Below, piece by piece: positions 28,393 to 43,275 of a stretch of DNA of 64,000 nucleotides. Numbering within the stretch: position 1 is the stretch's first letter; every line of letters starts with the position of its first letter. Under the pieces are notes generated by a model. It saw nothing but the letters and a program-made list of their open reading frames with translations, did no database searches and was not told the origin of the DNA. Made by a program: the position numbers and the translations under genes. Location of the stretch: assembly GCF_006345805.1 (NCBI RefSeq), contig NC_043012.1:4092001-4156000 (forward strand), read 5' to 3'. The DNA is from Octopus sinensis (lineage: Eukaryota).

Positions 28393-28627
28393 GATTCTCC
28401 TTTAGAGAATGACACACAAGCATCCTGTTGCTTGATCAACTGAATAACTTACTGAATTAGCAGGTGGCTGAGTATTCCAGAGAAACATGTATCCTTAACA
28501 TAATTCTCAAGTAAAATCAGTCCAACACAAGTGTGACAATGTGAAACTTTTGAATTACAGGTAGTCTATTTACAGTCTGCTACAAAATATCCTTTGATCC
28601 ATTTTCACTCACAAGCTTGGGTCAGCT

Positions 28628-29589
28628 TATGATGTGGTATCAAAAAGTTCACAGACTAGTTCTATATCATGCCAACAGATGGCAGCATACTGTTGTGTGC
28701 ACAGCAAGAGCTAGCAGTGACCTTAATGAGGCAGTGTGCCGAGTGACATTGCTGTGTTTACTTCTTGAGTTGTGAAATTTGTGTTTTTGTGATCACTTGT
28801 GTGCTGTAGTCTGAAACTTTGTCATGGACAGGAACAAAGAACTAATGTGAAATCTTGCATTAAACTTGGGAAGTCTGCTACAGAGACAGTGAGCATGCTT
28901 CGGCAAGCTTACGGAGACGAGGTAATGAGTTGTGAGCAATGTTTTGAGTGGCATGGGCACTTCAAAAAGGAAAGAATGAGCAATGTTTTGAGTGGCATGG
29001 GCACTTCAAAAAGGAAAGAATGCCCCTGGAAGACAATGAGCAATCTGGAAGACCTATCATAAGAGTCACCATTGGAAATGTGGTATTGTGCATCGAGAAT
29101 TTGTCCCTTAGAACCAGACCATCAATTGCGAGTTCTACTATGACATTTTAAAGTGTTTGAGGGGGGACATTTAGTGAAAGCAACCGGATCCACAGAGCAC
29201 AAAGACTCAGATTCTTCACGGTCACAATGCATCCTGTCATGGAGATCTCCTCACTTGAGAGTTTCTCACCAAAAACAGCATAGTATCAGTTTCACACCAA
29301 CCTTATTCTCCAGATTTAGCACCTGCTGACTTCCATCTCCTCCCCAAGATGAAAATGCAGCTCAATGGTTGCCATTTTAACACTTATCGAGATCCAGAGT
29401 GAATTGCATAAAGTCCTTGTCTCATTTACAGAAAATAACTTCTATACTGGATTCCAAAAGTGGCAGAAGTGCCCAGACTGGTGTATGCTGTGCAAGGTGA
29501 CTATTTCGAAGTTGATGTTAAAACTTAGGCAAATAAGTTATTTTTTATTGAATGTAACTAGTTTGGGAACCTTTCGATATCATCTCGTA
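28628..29589 (+). mobile_element. Internally deleted mariner with both TIRs and TA ends (about 960 bp)
   Basis: 34-bp imperfect TIRs TATGATGTGGTATCAAAAAGTTCACAGACTAGTT / TACGAGATGATATCGAAAGGTTCCCAAACTAGTT. N-terminal HTH EQRTNVKSCIKLGKSATETVSMLRQAYGDE and PYSPDLAPADFHL motif present. Perfect 44-bp tandem duplication at 28933-29020. Confidence 0.9.
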
Positions 29590-29592
29590 AGC

Positions 29593-29822
29593 ATAACTCT
29601 TTCGTTGCCATATATCTCTTGAAATACACTACTTTTGTTCCATTTTTATTTTGAAAATAACAAAGAATTCAGTAAAATAATTTTGTCATTATTAAGCTGG
29701 TGTTTGCAACATAAATTAACATGAAATTTTGATGGAAGGTTTTAACTTAGATTACTTTAAAACAGGAAGTTTGTACCATACGACCAAGGGTTGCCTTGGG
29801 TAGGATGGTATCAAAAGGTTAA
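29593..29822. mobile_element. TTAA-flanked (piggyBac-type) MITE
   Basis: Ends ATAA-CTCTTTCGTTGCC ... GGTATCAAAAGG-TTAA; interior similar to 61627-61852. Confidence 0.65.
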
Positions 29823-30099
29823 CAAAAAAGTCCAACATGCCATGCAGTGGAACCAAATCAAGACCATGTCATTGTGAAACAAACTTCTTAACTACATGCC
29901 ATACCTCTGCCTATATATATGAATACACATGCAAGCATATAAACATACACACCACATATTTATATAGAATATATTTTATGAGAAATAAAGACTAACAAAA
30001 TACATTTTGATGAACTCATTTGGAGTAGCCATATTTTCTTCATAGCAAGAATCTGCCCCCCTCACCCCACTCCCAGCTGTGAGGACTTTTCCCTTTTCT

Positions 30100-30270
30100 T
30101 GTTTTTCCTTGCCATGCATGTTCCTTGGTGACTCTACCAGTGTTGGTGGTACAAAAAAAAAAAAAAAGCACCCAGTACACATTGTAAAGTGGTTGGTGTT
30201 AGGAAAGGTATCTAACCATAGAAACCAGTCACACCATCCATCCAAAGCCAGGATGTAAAGCAGACATTAG
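30100..30270 (+). mobile_element. RTE 3' tail fragment
   Basis: CACATTGTAAAGTGGTTGGTGTTAGGAAAGGTATCTAACCATAGAAACC block. Confidence 0.6.
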
Positions 30271-33200
30271 ACACTCAAGACTGCACACTTTAGATTCTTT
30301 CTATTCCAAGTGTTTGAGCCATATTCTTATGAACAACTACAAGATCTTTCTCATACACACACACAGGTATATACTTACATAAACATACCATACACTTGTT
30401 CAAATACAAAAGCTACAAGAAGCTATCTTAATGGCTTCCTATACGGCTCTTATTGAAAGAAGCCAATCATTTTTGGAAGATAGCTGATTGAAATGCAATA
30501 TAAATGGTCTGCATGAGCTTCTGGACACAATGGTTCCAGTGTTCTCAATGTAAAATCCATTAAAGGAACTGGCTGAAAGCAAATTGGTAGTCAGTGGTTG
30601 AATCATCAACACCTCAACAAGAAAAAAGTTGTAGGATGAGTTTTTATAGTCTTAGGAAGATGAACATTGTTAATGTTAGTTTATTCTGTATGCATGGGTG
30701 TATGAGGTATTGTAGATTAGGGTGTTGTAAGACTTATAGTTAAGGTGAAATCTGAAAAGGTTGAGGATGGCATAATGAAGAAATGTACGGGGAATGAGCA
30801 AATTTTATATGGAAGTGGCTGTCAAAGAGAAACAAAGCAAGGGAAGAAACAAATAAAGAAGTGAATGTAATGATAGGTTTGAATGGAAGCTTTGAATGCT
30901 AGTTGTGAAAATGAACGTGTTTTAAGTAGCAACAGAAAAGAACACAGCATGACAATAAGTACAAGATTGAAGGTTTACAGTAGCCATGAAAAGCATATGG
31001 CTTTCTGGTATATCTAATCTAAGGTGCCAATAACTGATGGTGCACTAAACCAGATATGAGAACAACCCTCCAGTGTTGGGGTATATTTGTGCTTCGTTGA
31101 GTCAACTGTTGCTCAGAACTGAAATTATCCTCGAAATAAGTCGTGACATTTTTATAAGGCAGGTGAACAATGAATGTGCATGTGGTCTAGTTACATTTCA
31201 ATAACTTACACTTACAACAAACTGACAGCTACTAACCAGTGTAGGGGGTGTAGGGTTAATGATCAAACCACTCAGAGATATAGGGAAATTGCTATCTCCA
31301 TGTTACACAGACTACATATATGTTTGAATCACTTTAAAAATCAGTTAATGTAATTTATCACACGTGTGATGTTGTGTCTGAACTTGATACATGGGGTAGG
31401 GGGTGGGGTGACAAGGAAGTTCAAGAAATGTTAAGCCAGAAATAAAATGAATTTTATCTGTTGAATTTGAGATTAAACAAGCTGAGATAAATTTGGTATT
31501 TCTTACGAAGGAGAAAAAAATTCTTTTTAAATTGTCATGCCAGGGATGTAAATGAAAGTAAAACGTCCTTGGTTATTGACTGCAGACAAAGTCGAGTTAG
31601 TGCGAAATAAAACATGGAATGAATATTGTACGAGTATGCTTGTATGAGTTTCTTTTATTCTAACATACATATAACTGGACAGAACTAGTCCAACAGAATT
31701 TCAACAAGTTTTCTACACTAATACAATTTTGGAAGATTTGGATTTGAATAACTTTTAAACCAAACAGATTTGCAGTTGGGAGCCTTCCCTACAGTTAAAT
31801 TTTCTATGAAGTGGAGATGGCAACTACTCTCAGTTAAGCAAACTGTGGCAAACAGAATAGGTACTACATGATTTCAGTAAAATTCAAGGAACTTCTGGAC
31901 AAATTTCGAGCAACTTAATATTATAGTTACTAACTCCAGCATAGAAAGAAGAAAAAATAGGAAGATAAAGATTCTGACAGCTTAGTCTTTTTATTTAAGT
32001 TACATCACAGTGAAAGCAACAAATCTACCAGACCAAGTTTTTCGAGTAGCTAATAATCAAACAATAGAATGGGCTCGAAGTCTCTAACAACATAACCTCT
32101 CAGGGTTGATGATTATGCTACACCATGCTCCAACTATATTTCTTTACTGAGTGGTAAGCTCAACATACTGCCCAGTTTAACAGCATCTCCTGATCCACAA
32201 GTGACTTTTAGTAGAGTTCACTGTTTGAAGGATTTGAATTTAGGGGATATCACATTCTTGCAACAAGTCACCATCCACTGCATTTTCTTATGCCTTGTAT
32301 GAATAGTTAGAGAGAACAGGTTGAAAAGGTTTTCCAGCAGAGGTCACTGCCAGATATTACAAAGGCCTTGAGCTGTAGATAAAGCCTTGGGATGTTACCC
32401 AACTGACTGGAACATGATCTCGTATCTTATTCTCTCTGTTTTTGACTGATGCCAAGCAAGCACAAGATTTTGATGTTGAAGCCAATGACAACAAACAAAG
32501 CTACAAACAGGAATCCAAGGATTCAACCATACCTGGCAGTGAAACTTCTTCACCAAACTGCTTGCCTTGGATCAAAAGCTTTCTGTAAAAGTGCAGCATG
32601 TGCCAGTGGCGCTCTCTCTCACTGACTAACACTATCAACTTTTGGTGCATCCTGCAAACAAGTGCCATTTAATGCAATGTATAAACATCTATTTTCACAG
32701 ACTTTGAAAGCACTCTCCTATGGAATCATGCCAATTCAAGCTGAAACCATTATATCACTTTGCTAGGGTTGTTCCATAGGTCCAGAATATTTAGATTAGG
32801 TTTTAACTCTTCAGTGGGGACATCATGTCAACTGTCATTGTGATCAGGTGATTACAATTCGGCTGGGATAATTATTTAGTACAGAGCAAAAACTAGAACA
32901 ATTGCACCAAAGTTCATGTTTTCTGTAGTATCCATTCTTCCTTATTGATCATAGGTTGGTCCAGTGGTGGGCAGCCACCTAACAACGCCATTTGTCAAAT
33001 AGTGAAGTAGTTTCATTGTTATCTCTGGGGTTTTAATCATTGACAAATTTCTAAACTGGATGAAATTTTTGTTGAATTTCGTCAAGAATAGACTTCATTT
33101 CTCATCTGTAGTCTTGAATTGAAGATAGATGGTGATATGGTTAACTTTTATTGCAAAGTCAGAAGGTATGAGAGAGTAATTATACTTTCAGCATTTTTAG

Positions 33201-36003
33201 CTCATGTTACAAATGGCCTTCAGCTACCATCAATATATACATAATAATAGGCTACATGTTTTTGTATATATACTTTATTTTCTGAGTAACACTTTAGCAT
33301 TTGAAGCTGTTGAATTTATTCCACTTTATAAAATTTACACCTAAATTATTTGACACAAGCTGGAGTTGTTCTGTTGATTTTTTGCTGTCTCATAATGCTT
33401 AATAAAACAGTTTGAAGCTTTCTAAATTATCCAACAGCATTTCAACTTAATTTACTCTAACAGCGTCTATTTAGTTGTTCTGTTTGTCTTTTGTATTTGG
33501 AAGTTCTTAATGCTTAACTAATGTTTTAGTAGTTATAAATTTTGATGATTTGCCATGCATTGCAACATTTATAAGAGATTTCTTCATCATTATTGTAACC
33601 CAAACAGTTCTTTTGAGGTAAGTTGCAGCCACACTGTAGAACTTGCATTTGATTTGATTTGATTTTTTCCATTAAGACCATAAAAATCTTACTAAATTTT
33701 CAAAAGGTCTCCACTTACTTGCCGGAGTTGCTCTGCTTATTTTTTGTATACAAAAGTCCATTCTATCCTCATTGTCTCATAATATTTTAATGTTCATAAA
33801 TTCAGATGGTTTGCCTGACACCACAACAACCATAAGAAATTTTGATGCTACTTTAGCATGTAGTCTACTGCAGTATCTGTAATCTACACCATGAAATGAC
33901 TATCAGCCTCATGTTTACACAAGAAATGTTGTTCTTCATGAACTTCTGCAGTGAATCATACCAGAATAGTATTTTGGGAGTGATAAATATAATTTGCATA
34001 TTTCCCTGTTATTTTTGCACATATATTTACTTCCGCATCCTCTATCAACTTCCACCAGGTACTAGAGTTTTATTATGATCTTGTCTCTACCAGCATACAG
34101 CCACAATCACCATCTACATTGAGAAACACTTGCACATATACAGACGATATACAACTCAAAGTTTCATAGTTGCTATAAAAGCTAGACCTCACAATCACTG
34201 ACAATTTTTCTGGACACTTACACCCCAACAATATAACAAATCAACAATCCCAAAACTGGCCTTTCTCTTCAGGGTCAGAATGCACTTCAACTGTGAATGG
34301 TTGCTACATCTCTACAAAATCTAAAGGAGACACAGTGAAATACAGTTTTTATATCTAAGATAATGCTCCTATTGCTGCACACACATCCAAAACTGCATCT
34401 AAAATAATGTCACTAGATTCATTGGTAAGGAGTTGTTCATCAGCACACTCCAACTTTTGGCCCAAAGATATGCAGTTTCCTTACTGCCTTTTCAACTGGT
34501 TCTATAGTGGCCTTTGTACTTTGAAACTGGTTGGTTTTGCTAGTTCCACACAACTCACTTGTATCTGCTCCTCTTGATGCCTACATTTTCTACCCAACCA
34601 AAGTTCTGCACTAACTCCCCCTTTTTTAAATCCTTTCAAGACATCAACCCTCTAAAATTCTCTCTTTGCATATGTTTCTCTTATCAATTAGCAGTTTAAG
34701 AACATCTACCACATTGAATACACTGGTCTTTAAAGGCCTCTAAATCAAGCCCCTTCCTTCATACCAAGCCGAGAGAGAGAGAAAGAGTGACCTGCTATGC
34801 AGACACTTGATCTTTTAGAAACAGCAGCCAATATGAATCATACCCTGCCAATGGAATTTGTGGTGTACAAAATGATGCTGTGATCATGACTACCTACAAT
34901 TTTATCATGCTCCTGTTTTATTTCCAAAGCCTAGATTCATTCCTGAACAATGAATTTCACCAGAGTAGTTAATTAACAGTGATACATATACCAGAGCATT
35001 AACCCTCAAATTACACTAAACTAATTTGTGAAGCACAAAATATCTGAACAGAGAATACCAGTTCACTCTCAGCTCATATGAAACAGTTCTATTTGGTTTG
35101 TCTTACTAATCACTATAGCTGAAAAAAGTATGAAAGACCTAATTCAACAGTTATTTTAATGCAAGCATAAAACTATAGCTGGATAATCAACTCTTCTGTC
35201 ACTACTCATAAATTCATACATACATGAATGCAGGCATGGCCTTGTGGTTAAGAACTTTGCTTTGTAGCTATGTGGTTTTCGATTTGATTCCACTGTGCAG
35301 TACAGTATTTTTTACAGATTGATCAAAGTCTTGTGAGTGAAATTTGGTAGGCAGAAATTGTGTGGAAGCCCGTCAAAGGAAGCACCGTTTTTGGGTAGTG
35401 GGTTTAATTCACAGACCAGTTCAACACCACAACCCTTGGCCCTTGGGTGTCCTTGGTGGAGTTCACTGCTGCAAATATTTGAGTTATGTTCCACAACTGA
35501 AGATAACTTCCTCCCTTTCTGCCACCCGCCAATATCACAGTCTTTGAAAAAAGTTACGAACACAGCCCTTCCACCTCAGACTAAAATGAAAAGAAAAGAG
35601 AGAGAAAAAGATTGCGTAGGGTGGTTTTTGGACACACTGCTAGATGAAAACCAAGACCTGTCAAAGAGTGGATGAAATAGAAGCACCAACAGTCATTCAA
35701 CTATATATGCAGGAGGACTAAGAAATTTCTGGATTGGTACCCAGGCATACATCTAGCCTACCAGGGTAGGTTGGACTCTAAGCTGTGGCAAAGACAACTA
35801 ACCCAGGAGAAGGAGAATGCTAATAGAAAAGATTGAGGTATGCTGCTCATTGAGTTTGGGACAACATTTGCACCAACTTTCTACCGCCAGTGGCTGACCC
35901 TGTACAAGTCTTCATTATTTAAACCAAACCATCTGCATGGTTAGACTAATAGCTAGGCTGTTGGATCTTCATACATAGAGATTGACAGGAGAATCTACCT
36001 ACC

Positions 36004-36039
<36 letters not shown>

Positions 36040-36046
<7 letters not shown>

Positions 36047-36117
36047 GTCCATAATGATGGGATGTATTTTAAATGCTAGAATCTTTAAAATGTGTCCCAT
36101 CATTATGGTCCACCCCG
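36040..36117. mobile_element. 78-bp Tc1/mariner-type mini-MITE (near-perfect hairpin)
   Basis: 34-bp arms CAGAGTGGTCCATAATGATGGGATGTATTTTAAA vs (reverse complement) CGGGGTGGACCATAATGATGGGACACATTTTAAA, about 10-nt loop, inside a TA/CA microsatellite. Confidence 0.75.
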
Positions 36118-38504
36118 TATGTGTGTGTGTGTGTGCATATATATATATATATGTATGTATTACTCATTTACTTGTGTCGGGCTGCAACCATGCTAGGGTA
36201 CCGTCTTGAAGGATTTAGTCAATCAAATTGATTTCAGGACTTATTTAAAATTTGATACTCATTCTATCAGTCTCCTTTTGCCAAAACCATGTAACTATAA
36301 AACAGACTTCACAACAACACAGCCATACATTATATGTGTGTGTGTGTGTGTGTATCATGTATATATAAGGTTGTGTGTTTATGTATGTATATATACACGC
36401 ACACACATCAGCGTATGTTTACCAGAGTGTCAAATGCAAGTACTGAATGTGATCAACTAGCTCTTAAAGTTGTACCCAAAACAGCAGCAGTCAAATAAAT
36501 CCAACCATTGAAAGAATAAACTGGAGTCATAACTATACTCAAATTACTTTCATTGTATAACAATGGTTATTCAAAATAAATAAAAGTGTCATAGCTAAGG
36601 TTATATGAGGATTTATTGTTATTGGTTTTTAAATAGGTAGATTTCAGAAAGGAACAATTTTGCTCCATGTTGCAATTAGCTCACTCTCAAAATGCAAAAT
36701 GTTGAAGCCTCTAGAAAAAATTGTGATGACTGAGTTTATGCTGAAATAGATGCAAGAAACCTGAAGATGTAAAGAGTGTGACAGTATTGATAAGAATTAT
36801 CTCACCTAATTAAACCCTTTAATGTAGATAAAATTACTGATGGGCAAAGTCTTGTAACAGAGGCAAATTTGTTGTATTCAATAACAGCAGCGAGTAATTG
36901 TTGAATGTGTATCTTTAGCCAGATGTATTTCAGATCTGGGAGTAACTAACTATCAGATATATTCTGCTTCAGTATAGTCATGCAATAGTGGTTATCTGTG
37001 TGCACGGAAAGGAAGTTGCACCTAATTTACCATCTGCTTTTATATTATTGAAGTCTCATGTTGAAGCATATAATACGGATTCAGATTCCTTATTGTGATA
37101 TGTATTTAGGTTTTGTGCTTGACTGAATCAGAATTAGGCCATTTCAAAACAGTTTTTTTAGGATGTCACTGATAAGTGTAGGTGTTTATTAGTGGATGAA
37201 CCTGAAACACCTGAGATCAAGGCTCTGTTAGAATAGCAAAATGTTGACCACATAATGAAATATACCCAGTCCATGCCTTAAAGTGGCTGGCAATAGAAAG
37301 GACATCTCTCTGCAAGAACCATGCCAAAAATCATGGCAACAAACATTGGAGACTGTTTCTATTGTGTGTATCAAATGAAGAAAAGCAACATGTATAGAGA
37401 AACTGTATGGGAACATACCTGTCCAATCCACATCAACATGAGAAAATAGGTATACAATAATAAATGTAGGCTGGAACAGACTAGTTATACAGTGCTACTT
37501 ATGTGTCTAAGTGGTTTCCAAACAAAGTTAGCAGGTTTGGTTTTAGTATGGATGACAATACTCAAAAGAACAGTTATTTGACAATTCTAAAACTTGTAAT
37601 GACTTGCTTAATTCATCTACAAAATACTATCAATTATCCTTGCCCAGAAAAAAGAAATTCAAAGAGAAATACAAGCTGTATTATGAAATATTTAAATTTA
37701 TATATGAAACTAAACAAGCTAAATCTGATACAAGAGTGTTTAGTGAAGTACTCAAGATTCAGCAATTAGATTTTTATTTTGAACAGATGTTTTCAGTTTT
37801 GGGATTTGATAGCTTAACACTTGAATTTAAGTCCAGTTGTCATAAATAACATTAGTTAATACAAAAATTAACCACTAGATGTTCATTCAAAACTGACCAA
37901 AAAGATATTTTCATAAACTCAAATGAAAAATGACAGGTTGATGTGTTGTGGCTGTTAATTAAAGACAATCAGTGATCAGAAGTCTATTAAAGCATTCACC
38001 ACTATTTTTTTTTCTTTTTGCATTGGTTTGGTCTGGAGGAAGGTGTTGTGCCCATGGCATTCATAGGCCCACCATGACCAGTGAGAATAATGCAGTTAGT
38101 TGCACACCAGATAAGTTTCTTAAGTACCACTTATTACTATAGTTAATGAAGTACTCCTCACTGCAGTTAATAAATTATCACTAACCACTACAGTTACCAG
38201 CATTCAAGATCTAAAACCACTGCAATATGTGGATTCCCCAATAACATTTCCAACAACATTCTATAAATACTTCTTCAAATACAGTGAAAACGTGCACGAA
38301 TATGACCAGTGATATATAGCTAATCCAGAGACCAAAGAAATAGTTTATAATGATGAACAATAGAGTTATAGAAGTTGGATTGATACTCCGTCCTCAAACC
38401 ATGTTAATTAGAATAAACAGTAAATTGCTATCACTGGAGGAGGTTTTATAGTGAATGGAAATTAAATCTCGGCTATTTCAGTGCAGTGAAAATATTTGGA
38501 AAAA

Positions 38505-38568
<64 letters not shown>
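38505..38568. repeat. (TG)n(TA)n microsatellite; similar tracts at about 3340-3397, 26800-26840, 41449-41489, 43136-43273, 51190-51228
   Basis: Read directly; these tracts generate the many IYIYIY / THTHT pseudo-ORFs in the track. Confidence 0.95.
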
Positions 38569-38569
<1 letters not shown>

Positions 38570-39504
38570 CACACAAACATATGAATGAAACTTAATTTCA
38601 GTTTGGGTATGCCAAATGCAGAGATGAAAAGAAAAAAGCAACAATAAATAAATAAATAAAACACAATGCAATTGGTAATACTGAAAAATGGAGCAGAAAG
38701 AATGTATGTATGATTAAAAATCAGAACTGAAGTAAAAAGAAAAGAATGAAAGAAGAAAAAAAAAAGAAGGAAAACTAGCAAACATTTTATAGACCATATG
38801 TTGCAGTTTTGAATACACAAGATAATGAATAAGAGTGGGAGATGAAATGTTGCAGATTGTAAGCTGTAGAATTGTGGAAGTGATGTTGGGAAAATAGAAG
38901 TTGCTATCAAAATACAGAGAGGTAGCATTGTACAATATATATGGAAAAGCATTATGTAAATAATGAAACCAATTAGTGCACAACAGATGCAGAGGCATCT
39001 CAACAAATACACATTGTATAAGCAGTACAAGTATTGGACTGCAACAATGGATCATTGGAGTGTAGATGACAGCTAGAAAATAGACTGAATGCAAGAAGAG
39101 AATGCAATTTTATCTTTATTAACTCCAAAAGGATGTGTTGTTAAAAATCTTATAAATTATAATGAAGACCTATCACTGAAAGACTGTCTGCAATGATTTC
39201 AATAAAATCCACTGAAAATAATTACATGATGAAATGTCTGATTACTGCAAAACAACAAATAATATTTGCAGCCGAGGAAACTGTATTGATATTGACATGT
39301 CATAAAATGAATGAGAACTAAACGAGTGAATATTGCAAGTTCGGGTTAAACTAGAACAGAGGCGGATAAGACAAAGTTAGATCGAAAGCTGACCTAAAAG
39401 ATAAAAGGAAGGGAGATAACTAAGGATAAAGGATGAAGAGCAATGAACATAGCCATAAGCTGTTAGACAAAAGCACGAAAACAATTGAGAACTAGTCAAA
39501 ATAC

Positions 39505-39535
<31 letters not shown>

Positions 39536-41446
39536 ATTCGGAATGAAGCAGTAGTGAATTTCTGATACTGTTCTCACGTAAAGAGCACACTACTGACATT
39601 CTTCAAAAACTTAGCAACGATGAGAAATGTACGCATGAAAATGAAATGAAATAAAGACGGGTGGGTAGCAGATTTATTTATGATGGAAAATTGATCAACG
39701 CAACGGGTGGAATTCAAAATTTTGCAACAGAAATCTGTCAAATTCTGTACCAAATACTATAAGAGTTATTAAGGAAGCGGCGCAATCAATATCATTTTAA
39801 AATTCAAAATGAAGCCGTAGATATGTGGCAAATTGATTAATATTTTAACAGCAGTTTATCCAAGCACTACAACTATTTTTCTTTGGAAATCAATTCTAAG
39901 ATTTAGAAAGAAAATATCGCAATGGAATTGCTCTGATCACATTCAGATGTATTGCTTGAAGATAGTGAAGCCCATTGAGCAAATTGAAACAGCTGCAAAC
40001 CAAACAAAATTAAACGAATGAGCTTCGAATAATTCAAGATACATTAAAATCAACACCGAGAGAGTCTCTACATGATACCTCGACCTGCTAGAAATAACAG
40101 CCAAATCTCTTTCAATTAAGACTTTTGTTCTAACCACACCCCTAAAAAGGCGGGATGGTGATGACTGGAATGCTTTTTGATCACGTATCTGCTAGAACAA
40201 GGTTGACCCATGTCTAAACACATGGACATACAAATTAGTCAATTAGTCCATTCATAATAGATTCTCAGCTGAGATTGGTCTTGAGGAATGTTTCAGGGAT
40301 GCATATATATACTTGCGATATCTAGATGATTTATACAAGTGTAGGGTAAAAAAACAACAAAAAACCTAAAGAATGTCAGCAAAGATCATTGAAGAGAACA
40401 TGCAAAATATTGGACAAATCTAACATATTTTACTCGCCTTACTAAATATTACATACAACGCCCCACCCCATTAATTTCACACACACACATATGTACTTGG
40501 TATTTTGGTAGTGGCAAGGAGAAAACAATCCAAGCATAGATCAACGACAATGTGTGTCATATAATCGATAGAAGAATTATTAAAAAATACTGACACAAAT
40601 AAGTTGGGCTAATAAAACAAACTTGCATTAAGAGTTAAATAATTAATTAAGCATTAGCGTTAATTAGAGGTCATGCATCCGGGACAAATAACAGATAATG
40701 ATGTATCGACATAAAAAAAAAATCTGTGACAAATTAATTATAATTATCACCCGCTTAAAGTTTAACTGGCAACTTTTCTTCTCTATAAACTTTCGGTTAC
40801 ACACAAAACTGGTCCTCACATACATACATACATACATACACAATATAAACTTACTCCAATGAAAACGAGTTGAAACTTAAGAAAATTTCAGCTCAAATCA
40901 TTCGTGTTTATTGAGACAAAATTATAGCTTTTAAAATAAGGTTGTACCTCAAGTGACCATTCATTTAATTATACCGCATATTAAAACGATCAATTTAATA
41001 AGACTGCACCATAAAATCATTTTAATTAGTGTGTATCTATACTAACAACAACAACAAACCAGTGTCAAAAGTTCAGCTAATAGATACCGATAGATATGTA
41101 ACATTACTTAGAAGTAACATTTCAGAAAACACACCCAAATTGCAATGACTACTGAAGCAATTTATGTAAGATTTTGGGAAAGGCTGCGAGAAAATATTTC
41201 AAATTCAGATGCTGTTAGTTAATTTGCTACACTGTTTAATAACATTTCAAATTATTCTCCAGGAAGAAATATCTCGTAGTAATTCATCTTTATATCCGAG
41301 ATTTTAAATAGCTAAACTACGTTGGTTGGCACGTTTCATACAATATCCGAGTTAACAAACTATTTTAGAAATCTACCATCATTACTATTATTAAACGAGA
41401 TAAAGTGATAAGGTTTTTTTAAAATTCTGACTCAGACGGAAAAGAT

Positions 41447-41490
<44 letters not shown>

Positions 41491-43223
41491 CAGCTTATTT
41501 TTCAGATTTATTGTTTGCTCGAAATATTTAAATCGAGAAAGGATTCTATTATTAAATCTAGTACAACTGAATATAGCCTCGTAATGAACCTTTCAGAAAT
41601 ATGAACATAAATTTAGGTTCAAAGCTTAATTTACTTCTACCTAATTTGTCTGACATTGTCGTAGGCGGAATGGACATAAACACATACTGTGACAATTCAT
41701 TCTATATACAAAAGAAATGTTTTTATCTTCTCTCAATGCGTATGCTTTTGTTGATAAGAATTCGAAACTAAAGCAATACCTACTTTGGAGAATTGGGGTT
41801 AAGAAAAAAGTCTCTTTTTTACCCAATAATAATAGTAATAGTTTCAAATTTTAGCACAAGCCCTGCAATTTTAAGGGAGGGGCTAAGTCGATTACACTAA
41901 TCCCCAGTGTTCAACATTTTTTGTGCTTATTTTATAATAAAGAATCATAACAAATATCACATAACCGTTTAAGATTTCTTTGTATATTTTTATGCTTGTG
42001 GAAGTTTGCCCTCTGTAGATATGTTTAAATGTATCAATAAAAAAAAAAGAGAGAGAAAAAGGAATGTCAACGAAATTGGCATGGAGTTTCCAGTATCATT
42101 CATTATTTATGAAACAGCTGAGAAAGGAACGGTACACACATCCGACACTTAAAAGAGGATAAAGAAAAACCCGGCACTAAATTAAATAATCTTATATCAC
42201 ATGGAATTTATCAGAGAGGGAGAGAGAGAGAAAGGCGATATGGTGGTAGCTTAGCATATTTTTAGTGTTAATAACCTAGAAACTAATTTCTTTTGCTCTA
42301 ACAATTGCAATATAGTATTTCACACGGAAATAATATTTTTTTTTTTCTTCTTTAGACGATTTTCAAAATTTTCTTATTATTTTTGCAAAAATAGCAAGAG
42401 GGACGTATTTGTAATCTGAAATAGCAATATGACACTTCGTTTCTAGATAATAAAACCCCGCATAATCACGAGGGTGAGAAAAAAAAAAAAAAGAGTTTCT
42501 TTATAGACACAGTTATGAAGAGTAGTGTGGTTTGGTTTGAAAAGTCATTGGAGGCGAGGGTTCGATTCGAAGGAGTTGTTTGTTCTGTTGTCGTCGTCAA
42601 GTGGGTGTGAAAGTTGATTTGCACTGAGTCAGCCAGTCTGTTGTTAGTGTTGGCACCCACCAACTTAATATCAGCTTGCCATATGGTTTCCACAGCGCTG
42701 TTTATATGCCAAATGTCGCTCCCTAAATGACTACGTACTCAGAAGTTCCCTAAACTGTCAGAATGTGTGTGTGAGCGCGCGCGCGACGGATATGATGTAG
42801 GACAACAAGAACAAAAACTGTTTCGATAAAAAAGAAAAAAAAAAAAACGATATGAAAATAAAATTCAATTTCCCCTTTTTTTTTAAAAAAGTATATACAA
42901 TATCAAACAACATAAAAATTTGCATAATGAAAATAAAAATCCCAACATGTTTGGTGTTACTTATATAACAAACATCAACAAAATCAATCTAATTCTAATT
43001 TACGCTTTGTCAAAAAAAAAAAAAAAATGTTAGTGAGGCAGTGTTTTATTTGTAGGTGTGTGTGTGTGTAATAAACTAACAAATCGTTACACTTAGTTAA
43101 TTAACCCTCTCCCATCTTGTAACACACATACAATATCTATATATATATATATATATAGATATATATATATATTTGGTTTCGTGACGTTTAAGTCGTTACG
43201 CACAATACACACACACGTATATT

Positions 43224-43275
<52 letters not shown>

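Noticed and set aside
38473-39094. Long ORFs of 185 aa and 126 aa
   Set aside because: Low-complexity F/L/I/C/Y-rich translations of AT-rich and microsatellite DNA; no recognisable domain or splice context.
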